Shown: positions 29,111 through 43,700, counted from the stretch's first letter. The stretch: 64,000 bases of DNA from an uncultured delta proteobacterium (GCA_963806225.1 CAWDXG010000004.1:4800001-4864000); one strand, 5' to 3'. The notes: generated by a model from the sequence alone, not told the origin. Numbers and translations are program-made.

Positions 29111-29359
29111 ATGGCTCAACCGCTCCCGATCCCACCGCCCGGCTTCGACGAGCTGACGCCCGAGCAGAAGCTGGACTACGTTGCCGCGCTCTGGGACCGG
29201 ATCGCCGCCGAGCAGTCCCAGCTCCCTATTTCCGAGGCCCAGCGAGCGCTTCTGCGTGACCGGCTGGCTGCCCACCGCGACAATCCTGGAGCGGCACGAC
29301 CCTGGTCTGAAGCACGACGTGACATCGAGCAGCTTCTACGGCAGCGCCCGTCGCGCTGA
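29111..29359 (+). CDS. Addiction-module antitoxin (TIGR02574-like)
   Basis: LTPEQKLDYVAALWDRI...LRDRLAAHRDNP..ARPWSE; the stop overlaps the toxin start. Confidence 0.85.
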   Translation: MAQPLPIPPPGFDELTPEQKLDYVAALWDRIAAEQSQLPISEAQRALLRDRLAAHRDNPGAARPWSEARRDIEQLLRQRPSR

Positions 29360-29661
29360 TGCGAAGCGAACCCCACGTCACTCCGGATGCGCAGGCCGAC
29401 ATCCTCGAAGCTGCGCGGTACTACGAAGGGGAGCGGGCCGGTCTTGGGTTCGCGTTTCTCGACGCGATCGAGCGCGCGCTGGCGTCGATTCGCGACAACC
29501 CGTTGTTGTTCACACTTGTTGACGAGCCCGTCCGGCGCGTGCTGCTCCAGCAGTTCCCCTATGGGGTGTTCTACGAACCCGGCGATCAGCAGGACACTGT
29601 GCTCGCCGTGATGGACCTTCGCCAAGACCCCGAGACGATCCGTCGATCATATCGTCGGTGA
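29359..29661 (+). CDS. parE: RelE/ParE family toxin
   Basis: AQADILEAARYYE..RAGLGFAF...I..NP...VRRVLLQQFPYGVFY...VLAVMDLRQDP. Confidence 0.88.
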   Translation: MRSEPHVTPDAQADILEAARYYEGERAGLGFAFLDAIERALASIRDNPLLFTLVDEPVRRVLLQQFPYGVFYEPGDQQDTVLAVMDLRQDPETIRRSYRR

Positions 29662-29787
29662 CCCGCGGCGCGCGCCGCGATGCCGCCCGACCTAGGCCCG
29701 GAGGGGACCGCAAGGTTCGTCTGGCGTCGCTGGCGGCAGGACCTTTCCCCTCGAGCCACGGCCTGCCGTCCGGTATCGTCGCTGCCG

Positions 29788-33069
<3,282 letters not shown>

Positions 33070-33093
33070 CTCCCGCGCCGGCGCGGTGCGACG

Positions 33094-33625
33094 CTAACCG
33101 TCCCGCACCACCGGCCGCTTCGTCTGCATGAACCCCCGCCCGAAGTCTTCCTCCGCAGCCAGCGCGTTGCTTGTAGCGCTGGGGCCGCGCCGGCGCGGGT
33201 GCGCTCGGCTCGTCTTGGGGCTTGTCCATATCGTCGGCGCCATCAGGGTGCGCGTGGCGGACATCTGTCTCGTCATCGGTCGAGTCCGCCGGCCGCTCGC
33301 CGGGCGGAAGCTCGCGCACCGGATTGAATGACGCAGCAAACTCGCTCCACGTCGGGCTCCGCGGCGACGCCATGAGCGAGGGCCCGAGCGGCTCGATGCG
33401 CGCCGGCACATCGCGCAGCGGGTCGAGCTCGCGCACCAGCTTGGCGATCTCGTGCTTGGTGCGATGCTTGGCGCGGGCGAGCACTTCGCGGCAATTGTCG
33501 TCGGTGAGATGCGGACCGAGCAGCAACAGACCCGTCAGATGCAGCTCGCCGCGAGCGACGGCGTCGTCGGAGAGCCCGGCGAGATCGTAGCGGCTTGTCG
33601 CAAGACTGGTGAGACGCGCGTTCAT
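33094..33625 (-). pseudogene. Second, internally deleted copy of the DUF222-like/HNH gene
   Basis: Homologous to 27292-28300 but jumps from PQRYK directly to the NALAAEEDFG tail (HNH core missing, frame changed). Confidence 0.82.
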
Positions 33626-33995
33626 GCAGCCACCGTACACCCGGGTTTCGAGCCCCATGAGGAGCGCTCCTGGTGCGCTTTCGCGCCCTCGATCGCTTCG
33701 AACTTCGTCGCGCGGCAGAAACAACGTCAGCGCGCGTTGTCGCGTCGTCGGGGCAGACTCTGCGAGCGAGCGGCGCGATCGAAACGCTGTGCGCCCCGAA
33801 AGCCGTCAAGCGGGAAATCGCGACGCGGCGACATTTCCATTGCGCCCATCAGCGCGCCGCGCGAGTCCGTCGAAACGCTGTCGTTGCCGGCGGAGCACGG
33901 CGAGCTCCTGGGCAGAACGACAGCGCGCGCCGATAGCGCGCGCTGGTGGAGCCGCCGGGGGGAATGCGTGCGCCGATCGTGGCGTTGCCGGGGGC

Positions 33996-34634
33996 ATGCG
34001 TCGCGCGGTGGTCGTTTCGTTCGTCTTGCTGCTGGTGAGCGCGTCTGCGATGGCGTCGCCGCTGCCGTCGTACGATCTGGTCGACCCGCGCGTCTGCCTT
34101 GCCGGCGAGTGGGGCCGCTCGACGCGCTACGAATGGCGCATCCAGCTCGGCCTCTTCAACCACGAGCGCGCTGCGGACCGCAGGGCACGGGTCGTCGCCC
34201 GGCGCGGCCTGGCGACGGAGAGCTACATCGCCGCCTGGCTGGCCAGAGATGACCGCGAACCGATCGTCGTCGTCTCCCGTTCGTTCAAGTCGCGCCGCGC
34301 CGCCCTCCGGGCCATTCGTCGCTATCGCGCGGCCGTGCCTCGCGCGTTCGCGCGCCGATACGAGCGCTGGGTCCAATCCGAGGCGCGTCGCGGCTTCGAG
34401 CACGGCAGTCGGCACGCGAGCCTGCTACCAGAGCTGTGCGGATGCGCCGTGCTGGGCGGCGTCCCAGGCGCTGCTGACGTGCGTCGCGAAGGCCTGCGCG
34501 TCGTCCTGCTAGTGCGGCGTCCGGATGTCGCGCTACATTTCCGGGACTGGCGGCGCCTACGAGGACGCCTCCAGGCGCGCGAGCGACTCGCTGATCGTCG
34601 GACCGCCGCCGGCCTCGACATCCTGACGGCGTAG
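33996..34634 (+). CDS. Hypothetical secreted protein (3' end uncertain)
   Basis: Signal peptide MRRAVVVSFVLLLVSASAMA; the C-terminal part overlaps the convergent gene and may be read-through. Confidence 0.4.
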   Translation: MRRAVVVSFVLLLVSASAMASPLPSYDLVDPRVCLAGEWGRSTRYEWRIQLGLFNHERAADRRARVVARRGLATESYIAAWLARDDREPIVVVSRSFKSRRAALRAIRRYRAAVPRAFARRYERWVQSEARRGFEHGSRHASLLPELCGCAVLGGVPGAADVRREGLRVVLLVRRPDVALHFRDWRRLRGRLQARERLADRRTAAGLDILTA

Positions 34635-35330
34635 CTTGTGGAACTTCGTCAGCGTCTGGTTGGCGCTGGCTAGAATCTGGATGCGCTCGGCGTACTCGGC
34701 GATGCGGGCGCCGGGTAGCGCCCACAGCGCGAGCGAGTCGGGCAGCGCGTCGAGATAGGCCCGGGCGCCGCAGCAACCGAGGCTGAGCGCGGCGCGACCG
34801 GTGTTGATCGTCTGCGGGACGACGGCACACGCGGGACGCCCGAGCGCGGGCGGCATTCCGCCCTCGACCTGCTGCGCCGCCTCGGTGACGATCAGACCCT
34901 GCCGCGCGTCGGTGAACAGCAGAACCGCGTCGGGCGGCAGCGGCGCATCGGAGAGCGGCGCGTAGACCACGTGGCGCGTGCCCGCCGGCAGCGTCGGGAT
35001 GCGCGCGAGATCCTCCTCGCGCACGTAGCCTAGATCATTGAACACCTTCAGCGAGACCTTCAGATCCTCCGCTTGCATGTCGTTCTGGGGTGCCATGCCG
35101 TGGGTGTGCATGCCGACGGTGCAGCCCGCGTGATCGGCGGGGCTGGTCGTGAAGCTGCCGTGTGCGGCCTGCTGCCAGAACACGCACCCAGCGGGCACGG
35201 CGCGCTCGTGCTCTGCGACGCCGTCCGGCGGAGCCTCGGCGAGGGACACGGCAATGGGCGGCTGCTCCAGGTGGAGCGCGTCGACAAGGATCTGTGCGGC
35301 TTCTCGGAGCTGGGTCACGTGGGCCTCCAT
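34557..35330 (-). CDS. DUF169 family protein
   Basis: PIAV, GCVFW, HAGCTVG, YAPL...PDAVL, PAC, SLGCCGAR pattern. Confidence 0.78.
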   Translation of the reverse strand: MEAHVTQLREAAQILVDALHLEQPPIAVSLAEAPPDGVAEHERAVPAGCVFWQQAAHGSFTTSPADHAGCTVGMHTHGMAPQNDMQAEDLKVSLKVFNDLGYVREEDLARIPTLPAGTRHVVYAPLSDAPLPPDAVLLFTDARQGLIVTEAAQQVEGGMPPALGRPACAVVPQTINTGRAALSLGCCGARAYLDALPDSLALWALPGARIAEYAERIQILASANQTLTKFHKLRRQDVEAGGGPTISESLARLEASS

Positions 35331-35521
35331 GTTGGTCGGGTGGCTATACCATTGCAGGCGACGTGACGTCGCGACGTTCGGCACTTGTGGCACGCTCGGC
35401 CGCATGAAGATCGACGAACGCGTCACCCTCCCCGACCAGACGTGGGAGCTGCTCTTGCCGAAGATCGATCAGCCGAGCGACCGACACGATCTTGGCCGAG
35501 CGCCGACCCTGTTGCCGACAC

Positions 35522-35920
35522 TCAGCGTGAAGCGAAGCGTTTCTTCGCCTCTTCGGTGGCAGGCGTGTAGAGCGAGACGGCCGTGCCCTCGGGATCGCGA
35601 AACTGGAAGGTCCTGTTGCCCCAGGGCATCGTCTTGAGTTCGTGGACAAGCGCCACCCTGTCTTTCAGGCGCGCGTAGTCGGCGTCGATATCATCCACCT
35701 GGAACTCGACGAAGGCGGTGCGATTGGCGCCGGGCACGGCGCTGCCTTCCTTCCACAAAGCGACGGTTTCGACGGCGCCGATGGCAAGCGTTGCCGCCGG
35801 CGTCACGATCTCGGCGAAGACGGGGGCAAGCCACTCGGCCTTCAGCCCGGTCACCATCTCGTAGAAGGCGACCATCTGCGTGATGTCGGCGGCGACTAGA
35901 CGCGTCGATGCGAGCTTCAT
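35522..35920 (-). CDS. VOC/glyoxalase family protein
   Basis: MVAFYE...VEFQVDDIDA...MPWGNRTFQFRDPEG; GGAG RBS. Confidence 0.9.
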   Translation of the reverse strand: MKLASTRLVAADITQMVAFYEMVTGLKAEWLAPVFAEIVTPAATLAIGAVETVALWKEGSAVPGANRTAFVEFQVDDIDADYARLKDRVALVHELKTMPWGNRTFQFRDPEGTAVSLYTPATEEAKKRFASR

Positions 35921-36080
35921 GGAATTCTCCACCCGGTGGGCCGGAACACTGCTCCGGCATTGATGGAGACCTTGTCGCACAGCCCTGCTGACACCGTTCT
36001 GGCACCAGGGTCAGCTTGGATAGCGCGCGTGCCGGGAAACGTTTAGCTCGTGAGGACCACGCCGGCTACGTTGAACAAAT

Positions 36081-36767
36081 TCAATAGAGGATGTCCTCGT
36101 AGCGCATCTGCGCGTCGTCGCAGCGAAGCGACCTCGACTCTCGGCCCGGATCGTCCCGGGACCAGCCGCCTGCCGCCGGAGCCAGCTTCTCGCGGGGCGC
36201 ATAGCCGGCAATGAAGGCGCGACACGATGGCGCATCCGGGAATCTCGCCGTTACCACGAGCGTAGCGTCGCCTTCGGGACTGCCAGGAGCGTCCTTTCGC
36301 GAGACGACGACGTCCGTCACCGACGGCGGCAACGCTTTTACGATCTCGGGCTTCCGGTCGCAGCCGCCGAAGGCCGCGACGCATCCGAGCGCCGCACCCG
36401 CAACGCCCGCGGCGACCAGCGCTGGCAGAGCAGACATGCCGGCGAAACCGTGCCGGGTCAGCCGCGCCGAGACGATCCCGCCGACCAGCGAAGCCGTGAC
36501 CGCGGCCGCCCACGGGGTGCGGTGCAACACCAGCCAGCCGCCGCCGGCCACGGCGAGCGCGATGCCGAGCCCCGCACTCAGCCCGATGGCGACCGCGATC
36601 AGTCGCAGACTGTTCGGATCGTCGTCTTTGTCGTCGTCGAAAGGTACACCGGCCTTTCCCAGCGCCCATTTCGCTGCGCCAAGCACCAGCCAGACCGGCA
36701 CGGCCGCGACCCAGAACACGAGCAAGCTGCCCGCCAGCGCCCCGACGATCACCACGGCGTAGAGCAT
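36081..36767 (-). CDS. Hypothetical membrane protein
   Basis: Four hydrophobic segments followed by a soluble tail. Confidence 0.55.
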   Translation of the reverse strand: MLYAVVIVGALAGSLLVFWVAAVPVWLVLGAAKWALGKAGVPFDDDKDDDPNSLRLIAVAIGLSAGLGIALAVAGGGWLVLHRTPWAAAVTASLVGGIVSARLTRHGFAGMSALPALVAAGVAGAALGCVAAFGGCDRKPEIVKALPPSVTDVVVSRKDAPGSPEGDATLVVTARFPDAPSCRAFIAGYAPREKLAPAAGGWSRDDPGRESRSLRCDDAQMRYEDILY

Positions 36768-36855
36768 GCTCGCCGAAGCCTACGCCGAGCGGCGAAGGCT
36801 GCAAACCGGGACCGGCCCCCGGTGCGGTACGCGGGGCTGTGAGGGCGCGGAACCG

Positions 36856-37413
36856 TCACCTCCAGCGCACGATCACCTCGAGTGCGCCGTCGGAGAGTCC
36901 GTGGCTCTCGGTCACGTCACGAGCGCGCGTGAGCTCGACGACGTAGCGGAGCACTTCGGCCATCGAGGCGCGTGCTTGCGGTACTGCGCAGTACGGATGA
37001 TCGACCAGCCGCCATGCGGCCCGGTGATCGCCGATGTCGATGCTGACCTGGCCACCGCGGTTGTCCTTCTCCCAGAGGTCGGGCGCGCGCTCGAGCAACC
37101 GGCGCGGCGACGCCAGCGCGATGAGCGCGCGGCGGAGTCGACCGAAGCCCGTGTCGACCTGGCGCTGCGTGAACTCGACCATCGCGGCGCGGTCGTAGTC
37201 GGCGGGCCCTTCCCATACGGCCATGTTCCAGTCGATCATGTGGCGCACCGGCGTCCAGCTCATGCCGGTGGCGACGGATTCCAGCGCCGACCTCAGCTCG
37301 GGCGAGACGGAAGCGGTCACGCTTTGCCTGGCCTCGCGTCCGAAGCAGTGCTCCGTCGCTTCCGCCGCCGCACGCAGCTGGTACAGCCGGGTTTCGGGTT
37401 CCTGGCTGGTCAT
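36856..37413 (-). CDS. Myxobacterial DUF2378-like protein
   Basis: SWTP...ASPRRLLERAPDLW...G...C-terminal VRW pattern; GGAG RBS. Confidence 0.55.
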   Translation of the reverse strand: MTSQEPETRLYQLRAAAEATEHCFGREARQSVTASVSPELRSALESVATGMSWTPVRHMIDWNMAVWEGPADYDRAAMVEFTQRQVDTGFGRLRRALIALASPRRLLERAPDLWEKDNRGGQVSIDIGDHRAAWRLVDHPYCAVPQARASMAEVLRYVVELTRARDVTESHGLSDGALEVIVRWR

Positions 37414-37493
37414 GATCTCTCCAAAGGCAGAGCGTACTCCAGCTCCGGTTGCGGTTCGAGCGCTGGGTGCTCGGCGAAGCGCTTCGAGCGGCT

Positions 37494-39275
37494 TCACTCC
37501 GCGTACATCGACTCGATCGTGTCCGCGAAGTGCTCGTAGACCTTCTTGCGCTTGACCTTCAGCGTGGGGGTGAGCTCGCCACTGTCGACGCTGAAGTTGC
37601 GATCGAGAACCTCGAATTTCTTGATCTGCTCGACGCGCGCGAGGTCCTTGTTCGTGCTGTCCACGGCTTTCTGGAGTTCCGCGCGGAGGGTCGGGCTCGA
37701 GTGCAGTGTCTCCGGGGCGACGCCGCGCTCCTTCGCCCACTTCTCGCTCGCCTCGGGGTCGAGCGTCAAAAGCACGGTGAGGTATTTGCGCCGATCGCCG
37801 ATCACCACGGCTTCGTTGATGAGCGGGTGGTTCTTGAGCGACGCCTCGATGTTCTTCGGGGCGATGTTCTTGCCGCCGGCCGTGATGAGGATGTCCTTCT
37901 TGCGGCCGGTGATGTGCAGGAACCCCTTGTCGTCGAGGCGGCCGAGATCGCCGGAGTGGAGCCAGCCGTCGACGAGCGTCTCGGCCGTCGCTTCGGGCTC
38001 CTTGTAGTAGCCGAGAAAGACGTTCTTGCCGCGCACGAGGATCTCCTCGTCATCGGCGAGCTTCACCTCGACGCCGGGGATGGCGGGCCCGACGCTGCCG
38101 AGCAGGAAGCGGTCCGGGCGGTTGAACGACGTGGGCCCCGTGTCCTCGCTCTGTCCGTAGACCTCCAGCACCAGGATGTCGAGGCTCGCGAAGAACTCGA
38201 GCACCTGCCTGGCGATGGGGGCGGCGCCGCTCACGCAGACCTTCGTGCGGCCCAGGCCGACGGCGGGCTTGAGCTTGGAGAAGACAAGGCGGTCGGCGAG
38301 CTTGTACTGCACGGCGGAGAGCCCCGTTGGCTCGCCGCGACCGCGCATGCGCCCGTCGTTCACCGCCTGGCCGACGCGCATCGCCCAGTCGACGAGCGCC
38401 TTCTTCACGCCGGTCGCTTCGGCGAGCTTGCCGCTGATGCCCGCGCGGAACTTCTCCCAGATGCGCGGCACGCCGAAGAAGATGGTCGGCTGCACCTCCT
38501 TCAGGTTGTCCGGAACCTTGTCGATGGACTCGGCGAAGTAGACGGAGCCGCCGTAGGTGCACGGACCGTGCAGCGTGAACATCTGCTCGGCGATGTGCGA
38601 CAGCGGCAGGTAGGAGAGGCTGCAGTCCTCGGGGCGAGCGTCGGTGATCTCCCGCGCGACCTTTGCGGTCCACGCGAGGTTTTCGTGCGAGAGCATCACG
38701 CCTTTGGGCGGACCGGTCGTGCCGGACGTGTAGATGAGCGTGGCGAGGCCGCCCGGCTCGAGCGCTTCGACGCGCTCGTCGACCTTCTCGTCATCGACGC
38801 CTTCGGCCTTCGACAGGAACTCTTCCCAGCTCGAAACCAGCGGGTCGTCGACCTTCTCTGCGCCTTTCATCAGGACGACGTGGCGGAGGTGCGGGAGGTT
38901 CTCGCGCTGCTCGTCGATCTTCTTCCACTGCTCCTCGTTCTCGACCAGCGCGACGGGGGCCTCGGCGTGGTGGAGGATGTACCGGACCTCGACAGCAGAG
39001 CAGGTCGTGTAGATCCCCGCCGGTGCGCCGCCCGCGCACATGCACGCCAGATCCATGAGCGTCCACTCGGGGCGGTTGAAGCCGAGGATGCACACGGACT
39101 GCTTCGGCTCGAAGCCCAGCGCGATGAGCGCCCGGGTCGCGCGACGCACCTCGCCGGCGTACTCGCGCCACGTGCTCATCTGCCATCCGCCTGGCGACTT
39201 CACGTAGTACGCGGGCGCGCCCGGACGGATCTTCGCTTGCTCGAAGAGTCGGGCCGGGATCGTATCGGCTGGCAT
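37494..39275 (-). CDS. fadD: Long-chain fatty acid-CoA ligase (AMP-dependent)
   Basis: IYTSGTTGPPKG, YLPLSHIAE, YGQSE, GWLHSGDLG, GRKKDILITAGGKNIAP, ELTPTLKVKR. Confidence 0.93.
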   Translation of the reverse strand: MPADTIPARLFEQAKIRPGAPAYYVKSPGGWQMSTWREYAGEVRRATRALIALGFEPKQSVCILGFNRPEWTLMDLACMCAGGAPAGIYTTCSAVEVRYILHHAEAPVALVENEEQWKKIDEQRENLPHLRHVVLMKGAEKVDDPLVSSWEEFLSKAEGVDDEKVDERVEALEPGGLATLIYTSGTTGPPKGVMLSHENLAWTAKVAREITDARPEDCSLSYLPLSHIAEQMFTLHGPCTYGGSVYFAESIDKVPDNLKEVQPTIFFGVPRIWEKFRAGISGKLAEATGVKKALVDWAMRVGQAVNDGRMRGRGEPTGLSAVQYKLADRLVFSKLKPAVGLGRTKVCVSGAAPIARQVLEFFASLDILVLEVYGQSEDTGPTSFNRPDRFLLGSVGPAIPGVEVKLADDEEILVRGKNVFLGYYKEPEATAETLVDGWLHSGDLGRLDDKGFLHITGRKKDILITAGGKNIAPKNIEASLKNHPLINEAVVIGDRRKYLTVLLTLDPEASEKWAKERGVAPETLHSSPTLRAELQKAVDSTNKDLARVEQIKKFEVLDRNFSVDSGELTPTLKVKRKKVYEHFADTIESMYAE

Positions 39276-39498
39276 GCTGGGTCCCTCTCGTTGGTTTCGG
39301 GGCGGGGAGCATAGCCCGTTGTAGAGGTTCCGCGCAGCATCGACCTGCGCCGCGCCGACGTCGCAGGTTCGTCGCCGCCGCGCCCGCGCTCGCCGACTTC
39401 ACCGAGGCTCAGTCTGGACATCGGGATCAGCATGGCGTGGTTCAGGGCGTCGCTGAATGCGACGCCCGGGCAGCGCCACCGAGCTCGAGCCGCATGCC

Positions 39499-39789
39499 CT
39501 AGTGGAACGCGCTGGGGCCGGCTGCCGAGATCGCGACGAAGAAGATCGGAACGAGCAGGATCTGGGCGAGGACCACGAGTTTCCACGCGTTCATCTGACG
39601 GGCGAAGCCGAGGCGCGGCGCGTTTTGCCACCCCCAGATGAAAAGATAGAGCCCGCAGATGAGTCCGAGCACCATCTGGCCGGCGCCCTCGTTGTTGTAC
39701 AAGCGAATCAGCACGATGATGGCGAGTACAAGGTTCGCCAGCCCGAGCAGCCCGCTAACGCCTTGAAGGGCAACCAATAGTGCGCTCAT
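39499..39789 (-). CDS. Small membrane protein
   Basis: Three hydrophobic segments; lower-GC codon usage. Confidence 0.55.
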   Translation of the reverse strand: MSALLVALQGVSGLLGLANLVLAIIVLIRLYNNEGAGQMVLGLICGLYLFIWGWQNAPRLGFARQMNAWKLVVLAQILLVPIFFVAISAAGPSAFH

Positions 39790-39882
39790 GAGTGGCAGTG
39801 TGCCCAACCCCCAAAACGGTGACAACCCATCTCCGACTAGGGGCCGAGAGCGCGCCCATTATCTTGTTCGATTCGTCGATCG

Positions 39883-40695
39883 ATGAACGCAACGCTGCTC
39901 GCCGGCGCGAGCACCGATGGCCACGCAGAGTCGATGCATGAGACAATGCGAGCCGTGAACGTTCCGACGCCGGAGCCCGAGCCGACCGAGCCCCCCCTGC
40001 AAGTGGGCCCGGCGGCGCCACTCTCGGGGTTCTCCGCGATCGGTTTTACATTCCGCGTGCTCGAGCGAGACTTCCTGGGCATCGTGGGCCCGCTCTTCGC
40101 AGCAGCTCTGGTCGGCAGCCTGGACACCCTCGCACTGGGGTTTGTGGGGTTCCACAGCTGGGTGGCGGTCGCGGCGCTGTTGGCGGTGTGGCTGCCGATC
40201 TCGAGCTACACCACGGCAGCGATGGTGCGGTTCTGCTTGCGCGTGGCACGCGGGCAACCGTACAGCTTTCGCGAAGTCTGGGTCTGGCCGCGGGGGGTGC
40301 CGGCCCTCGTGGGGCTCAAGTTGACGGTCTATGCCGCGACCGGCGGCGTGCTCTGGGGCTTGGTGCTGCTGGCGCAGCGCGCCGACCACATCAGCAAGGT
40401 GCTGCCGGGGCTGCTGATCCTGGCGTTCTTCGTGGTCGGTGCCACGGCGTTCGCTCGGTTCGCGCTGGCGCCGGTGATCATCGTTGATCGCGACGCTGGG
40501 CCGCTACGGGCGCTTGCACAAAGCGCCCGCCTGACCCGACGCCAGGTCAAGGCCGTGGTGGTCTACGGAGTGGTACTGCTGATGATCGCCGGCATGGTGC
40601 ACACCGTCGCTGCCACGGCCGTCCTCGCCACGCTCGCCGCACCCGGAATCGTCTTTCTGTACCTGGCCCTGCGCGGCGAACTGGTCGGCGTGTAG
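39883..40695 (+). CDS. Polytopic membrane protein (DUF975-like)
   Basis: About 5-6 TM helices; RFALAP.IIVD...LRALAQSARLT motif. Confidence 0.6.
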   Translation: MNATLLAGASTDGHAESMHETMRAVNVPTPEPEPTEPPLQVGPAAPLSGFSAIGFTFRVLERDFLGIVGPLFAAALVGSLDTLALGFVGFHSWVAVAALLAVWLPISSYTTAAMVRFCLRVARGQPYSFREVWVWPRGVPALVGLKLTVYAATGGVLWGLVLLAQRADHISKVLPGLLILAFFVVGATAFARFALAPVIIVDRDAGPLRALAQSARLTRRQVKAVVVYGVVLLMIAGMVHTVAATAVLATLAAPGIVFLYLALRGELVGV

Positions 40696-40718
40696 GCGCA
40701 GCACCGCTGCCTCGCCTT

Positions 40719-43700
40719 TCAGTCGCCCGCCAGCGTGACCACCAGCTCTGCCACCTGGCCGTCGCGAACCGCGCGGGCCAGCTCGCCGTCCACGCTCGAA
40801 CCCTCGACGACGCGCTTGTTTCCGTCGTGGAAGGTGAAGGCGTAGCGCACGGGCTTCGCGCCCTTCTTCCCCCATGTGTCCAGGCGCGCCTCGTTCCGGT
40901 AGGTGACGAGCGTCTTGCCCAGGAGCTTGAACGCGAATGAGCTCGCGGGGATCTCCACCTCGAGCCGGCCACGCACCGGATCGTGGTAGGGCACGACAGA
41001 CGCCTTGTCGGTGAAGAGCCAGCCTGGAAGCGCCGGCTCGAGCGCCAGCTGCAAGTTGCCGTCGGCGTCCAGGCGGAAGGGGTGCTCGCCGGCGACCATC
41101 AGGATCCAGGCGTGCAACATCTCGCAGGTGATGCCGCTCAGGCGAGGCTGGAAGCCGCGACCGTGGAGCGATGGATCCGCGTAGGAGCTGCTGACGATGA
41201 ACGACGCTCCCTCGAGCGTGCTCCGTCCGTACACGGCCGGATCGTGGAAGGGGACCAGCACGGTCTTGATGTCGCGGTAGAACTCCTCGTAGAGACCCGC
41301 TCTGAGGATCTCGAGCAGGTACTTGTACTCCATGTGCAGGTAGATCGACTCGTTCTCGAGCCAGCCGCGCGGGTAGGCGCCCACCGCCCTGCCCAGCTCG
41401 AAGCTCTCGTGAGACATGTCCACGCACGAGCGGTACATCCCGAGCTTCGAATCGAAGAGGTCGCTCTTGCGCACTGCTTCGTACACGTCCTTGGCCTGGT
41501 CCGGGTGGACCTTCATGTAGTGGACCGGTCCCTCGAGGAAGAGCGGAACCGGACGCTGCTCGAACTCTGTGGGGACAACGAGCGGCAGGCCCTGGTGGCT
41601 CGTCTGACCGGTGTCGTCGGACGCCGTCACCTCGTTGACGAAGTAGGTGAAGGGAACGCCGCTCTCGTCGAGCACTTCGCTCTTCCGGGTGCCGTCGAAG
41701 AGCGGGGCCAGCGCGCCCAGACACCGGGCGAGGAAGCCCCGCAATCGCGCTGCATCCAGGCGCTTCTCCGCGCCCGACACACCCAGCTTCGTCGCCGCGC
41801 GATAGCGCTCCTTGGCCGCGTTCGCCGCTTCCCAGTAGCAAAGCGCCCGCTCGCGATGGCCGCCGTACGCATCGAGCGCGGGCGTGAGAGCGTCGACGAG
41901 CTCGACCAGCTCTTCGTAGACCGGCACGGACACATCGCCTAGCCGCTCGAGGTAGCCGTCGAGCGAGCGGCAGGCCTTCTCGAGCTCGAGCGTCTCGCAC
42001 AGCGACGAGCCGAAGAGCCCCGGAAGCCCGTTCATCGAGTCGTTCCAGCCCGGCTTGTCGGCTTCCATGTCCATGCCCACGCCCGCGGGGTCCAGGGTCG
42101 CCATGCGATTGGCCACCAGGCACAAGAGCTTCACCAGCAGGCTGGTCCGGTAGACTTCTCCCTGTCCGTGCTTCGTCCGGACCTGGAAGGCGTTTGCCTT
42201 GCGGCTTTCGAGGGCGGCGCGCTTTTCCGGATCGCGCACGACCGCTCCGTAGCGACGTACCGCCCCGTCGTCGCGGCGCACGCTCTTTTCGCTGCGGGGC
42301 AGGATGACGTCGGGATCGTCGAAGAAGGTGTAGTCGTTCCGCTCGACGAGCAGCTCGCGCAGCTGGTCGGGAAAGACCATCAGGTACACATCGATGGTGT
42401 CGAGGTTGTAGAGCCAGTGGTCGACCCAGAAGCCCTCGTGCAGGCCGCCAATCTCGTTTTCGTCGCAGGCGGCGAGCACGCGCCCGACGAGCTCGAAGTA
42501 GCGCTCGGGGCTCTTTCGCTGACCGTGCTCGAACGCCATGACGAGCTCGCCCGGGGTGAAGGGGCGGCGCGTAACCTCGACCAGCTTGTCGAGCGCTGGC
42601 CCCGCCGCGAGCTCGCCGAGCACGCGGTCCACCTCTTCGCGGTCGCGAACCGAGTAGGTCAGCCCGCGGACCTCGAGCGGGTTGTAGCCGTCGAGCTGGA
42701 TGAGGTTCATGAACCAGCGGATGTTGGCGTCCTGGATTTCCGGGTAGAACCAGGTGTCGGTGCGACGGTTCTGGTAGATGCTGCGGTAGTGGCCGGTGCC
42801 CTGGGATAGGTAGGTCGGCTCGAGCACGAAGTAGTGGTAGTCGCGCTCGAGATCGCCGTTCTGGCGGGCGTAGACGTAGAACACGCTCTGCTTGTTGCCG
42901 CCGTCGAACACGACGGGGAGGCCGCCACGCATGACGTTGTCGAGGAAGTCCTGACCGCAGTACTGATCGAAGCGATTTTCCGCGCTGGCCGTGAAGGCCA
43001 TGTCCGTGATGCTCTCGATCTCGTCGCGGTTCCCGGAGCGCTTGTCTTCCAGCGCGCCGGCGCGCGTGGCCAGAGTCAAGAATCGCTCGAGCTCTGCGTC
43101 GTCGGCGACGTTGCCCAGCACGGAGGTCCACGACATGGCTTGCCCTGGCTCCAGACGCCCCGACAGGGCGGTGAAGGCGCAGGGGGTCGCGTTTTCCGTG
43201 AGCTGCCGCGCGGCCAGGAGCGCTTGTGCTCCGCCTCGTTCGAAGGCCCACGCGCGATGGTGCTGGAAGGGATCGCCGAAGACGACCTCCGGATCGACGA
43301 TGAAGCGTCCGTCGCAGAGCTCGCCGCCCTGCACAGTCAGGTAGAAGTTGCCGCCCGACAGCTTGTCGACGCGTTCGCGGTCCGAGGCGGTCTGCTTGAG
43401 GCGGAAGAGCGGCACGCCTCGGTGGTGCTGCACGCCCATCATCGCCTCGATGTGCCGGGCAGTGAACTTGATGTGCTGCTGGTTCATGCCGTAGGGCAGC
43501 ACACGCGGCACGCCGTCGAGACACTCGAGCTCGATGGGGGCTTTCGACTCGTTCTTCAGCGTGACCTGCCGCACGAGCCCGGCGACCGGGAGATTGACCA
43601 GGGGGAAGTACACGACCGTGGTCGTCAGGCCCGTGGCCGGATCGCGCTCGCAGAGCTCGACCTCGCCAGCGGAGATGGCCAGGGATTGCTCGACCTCCAC

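Noticed and set aside
34400..34512. Cys-rich peptide end (CYQSCADAPC...CVAKACASSC*) in an alternative + frame
   Set aside because: No start or RBS; at most a gene remnant, cannot be supported.
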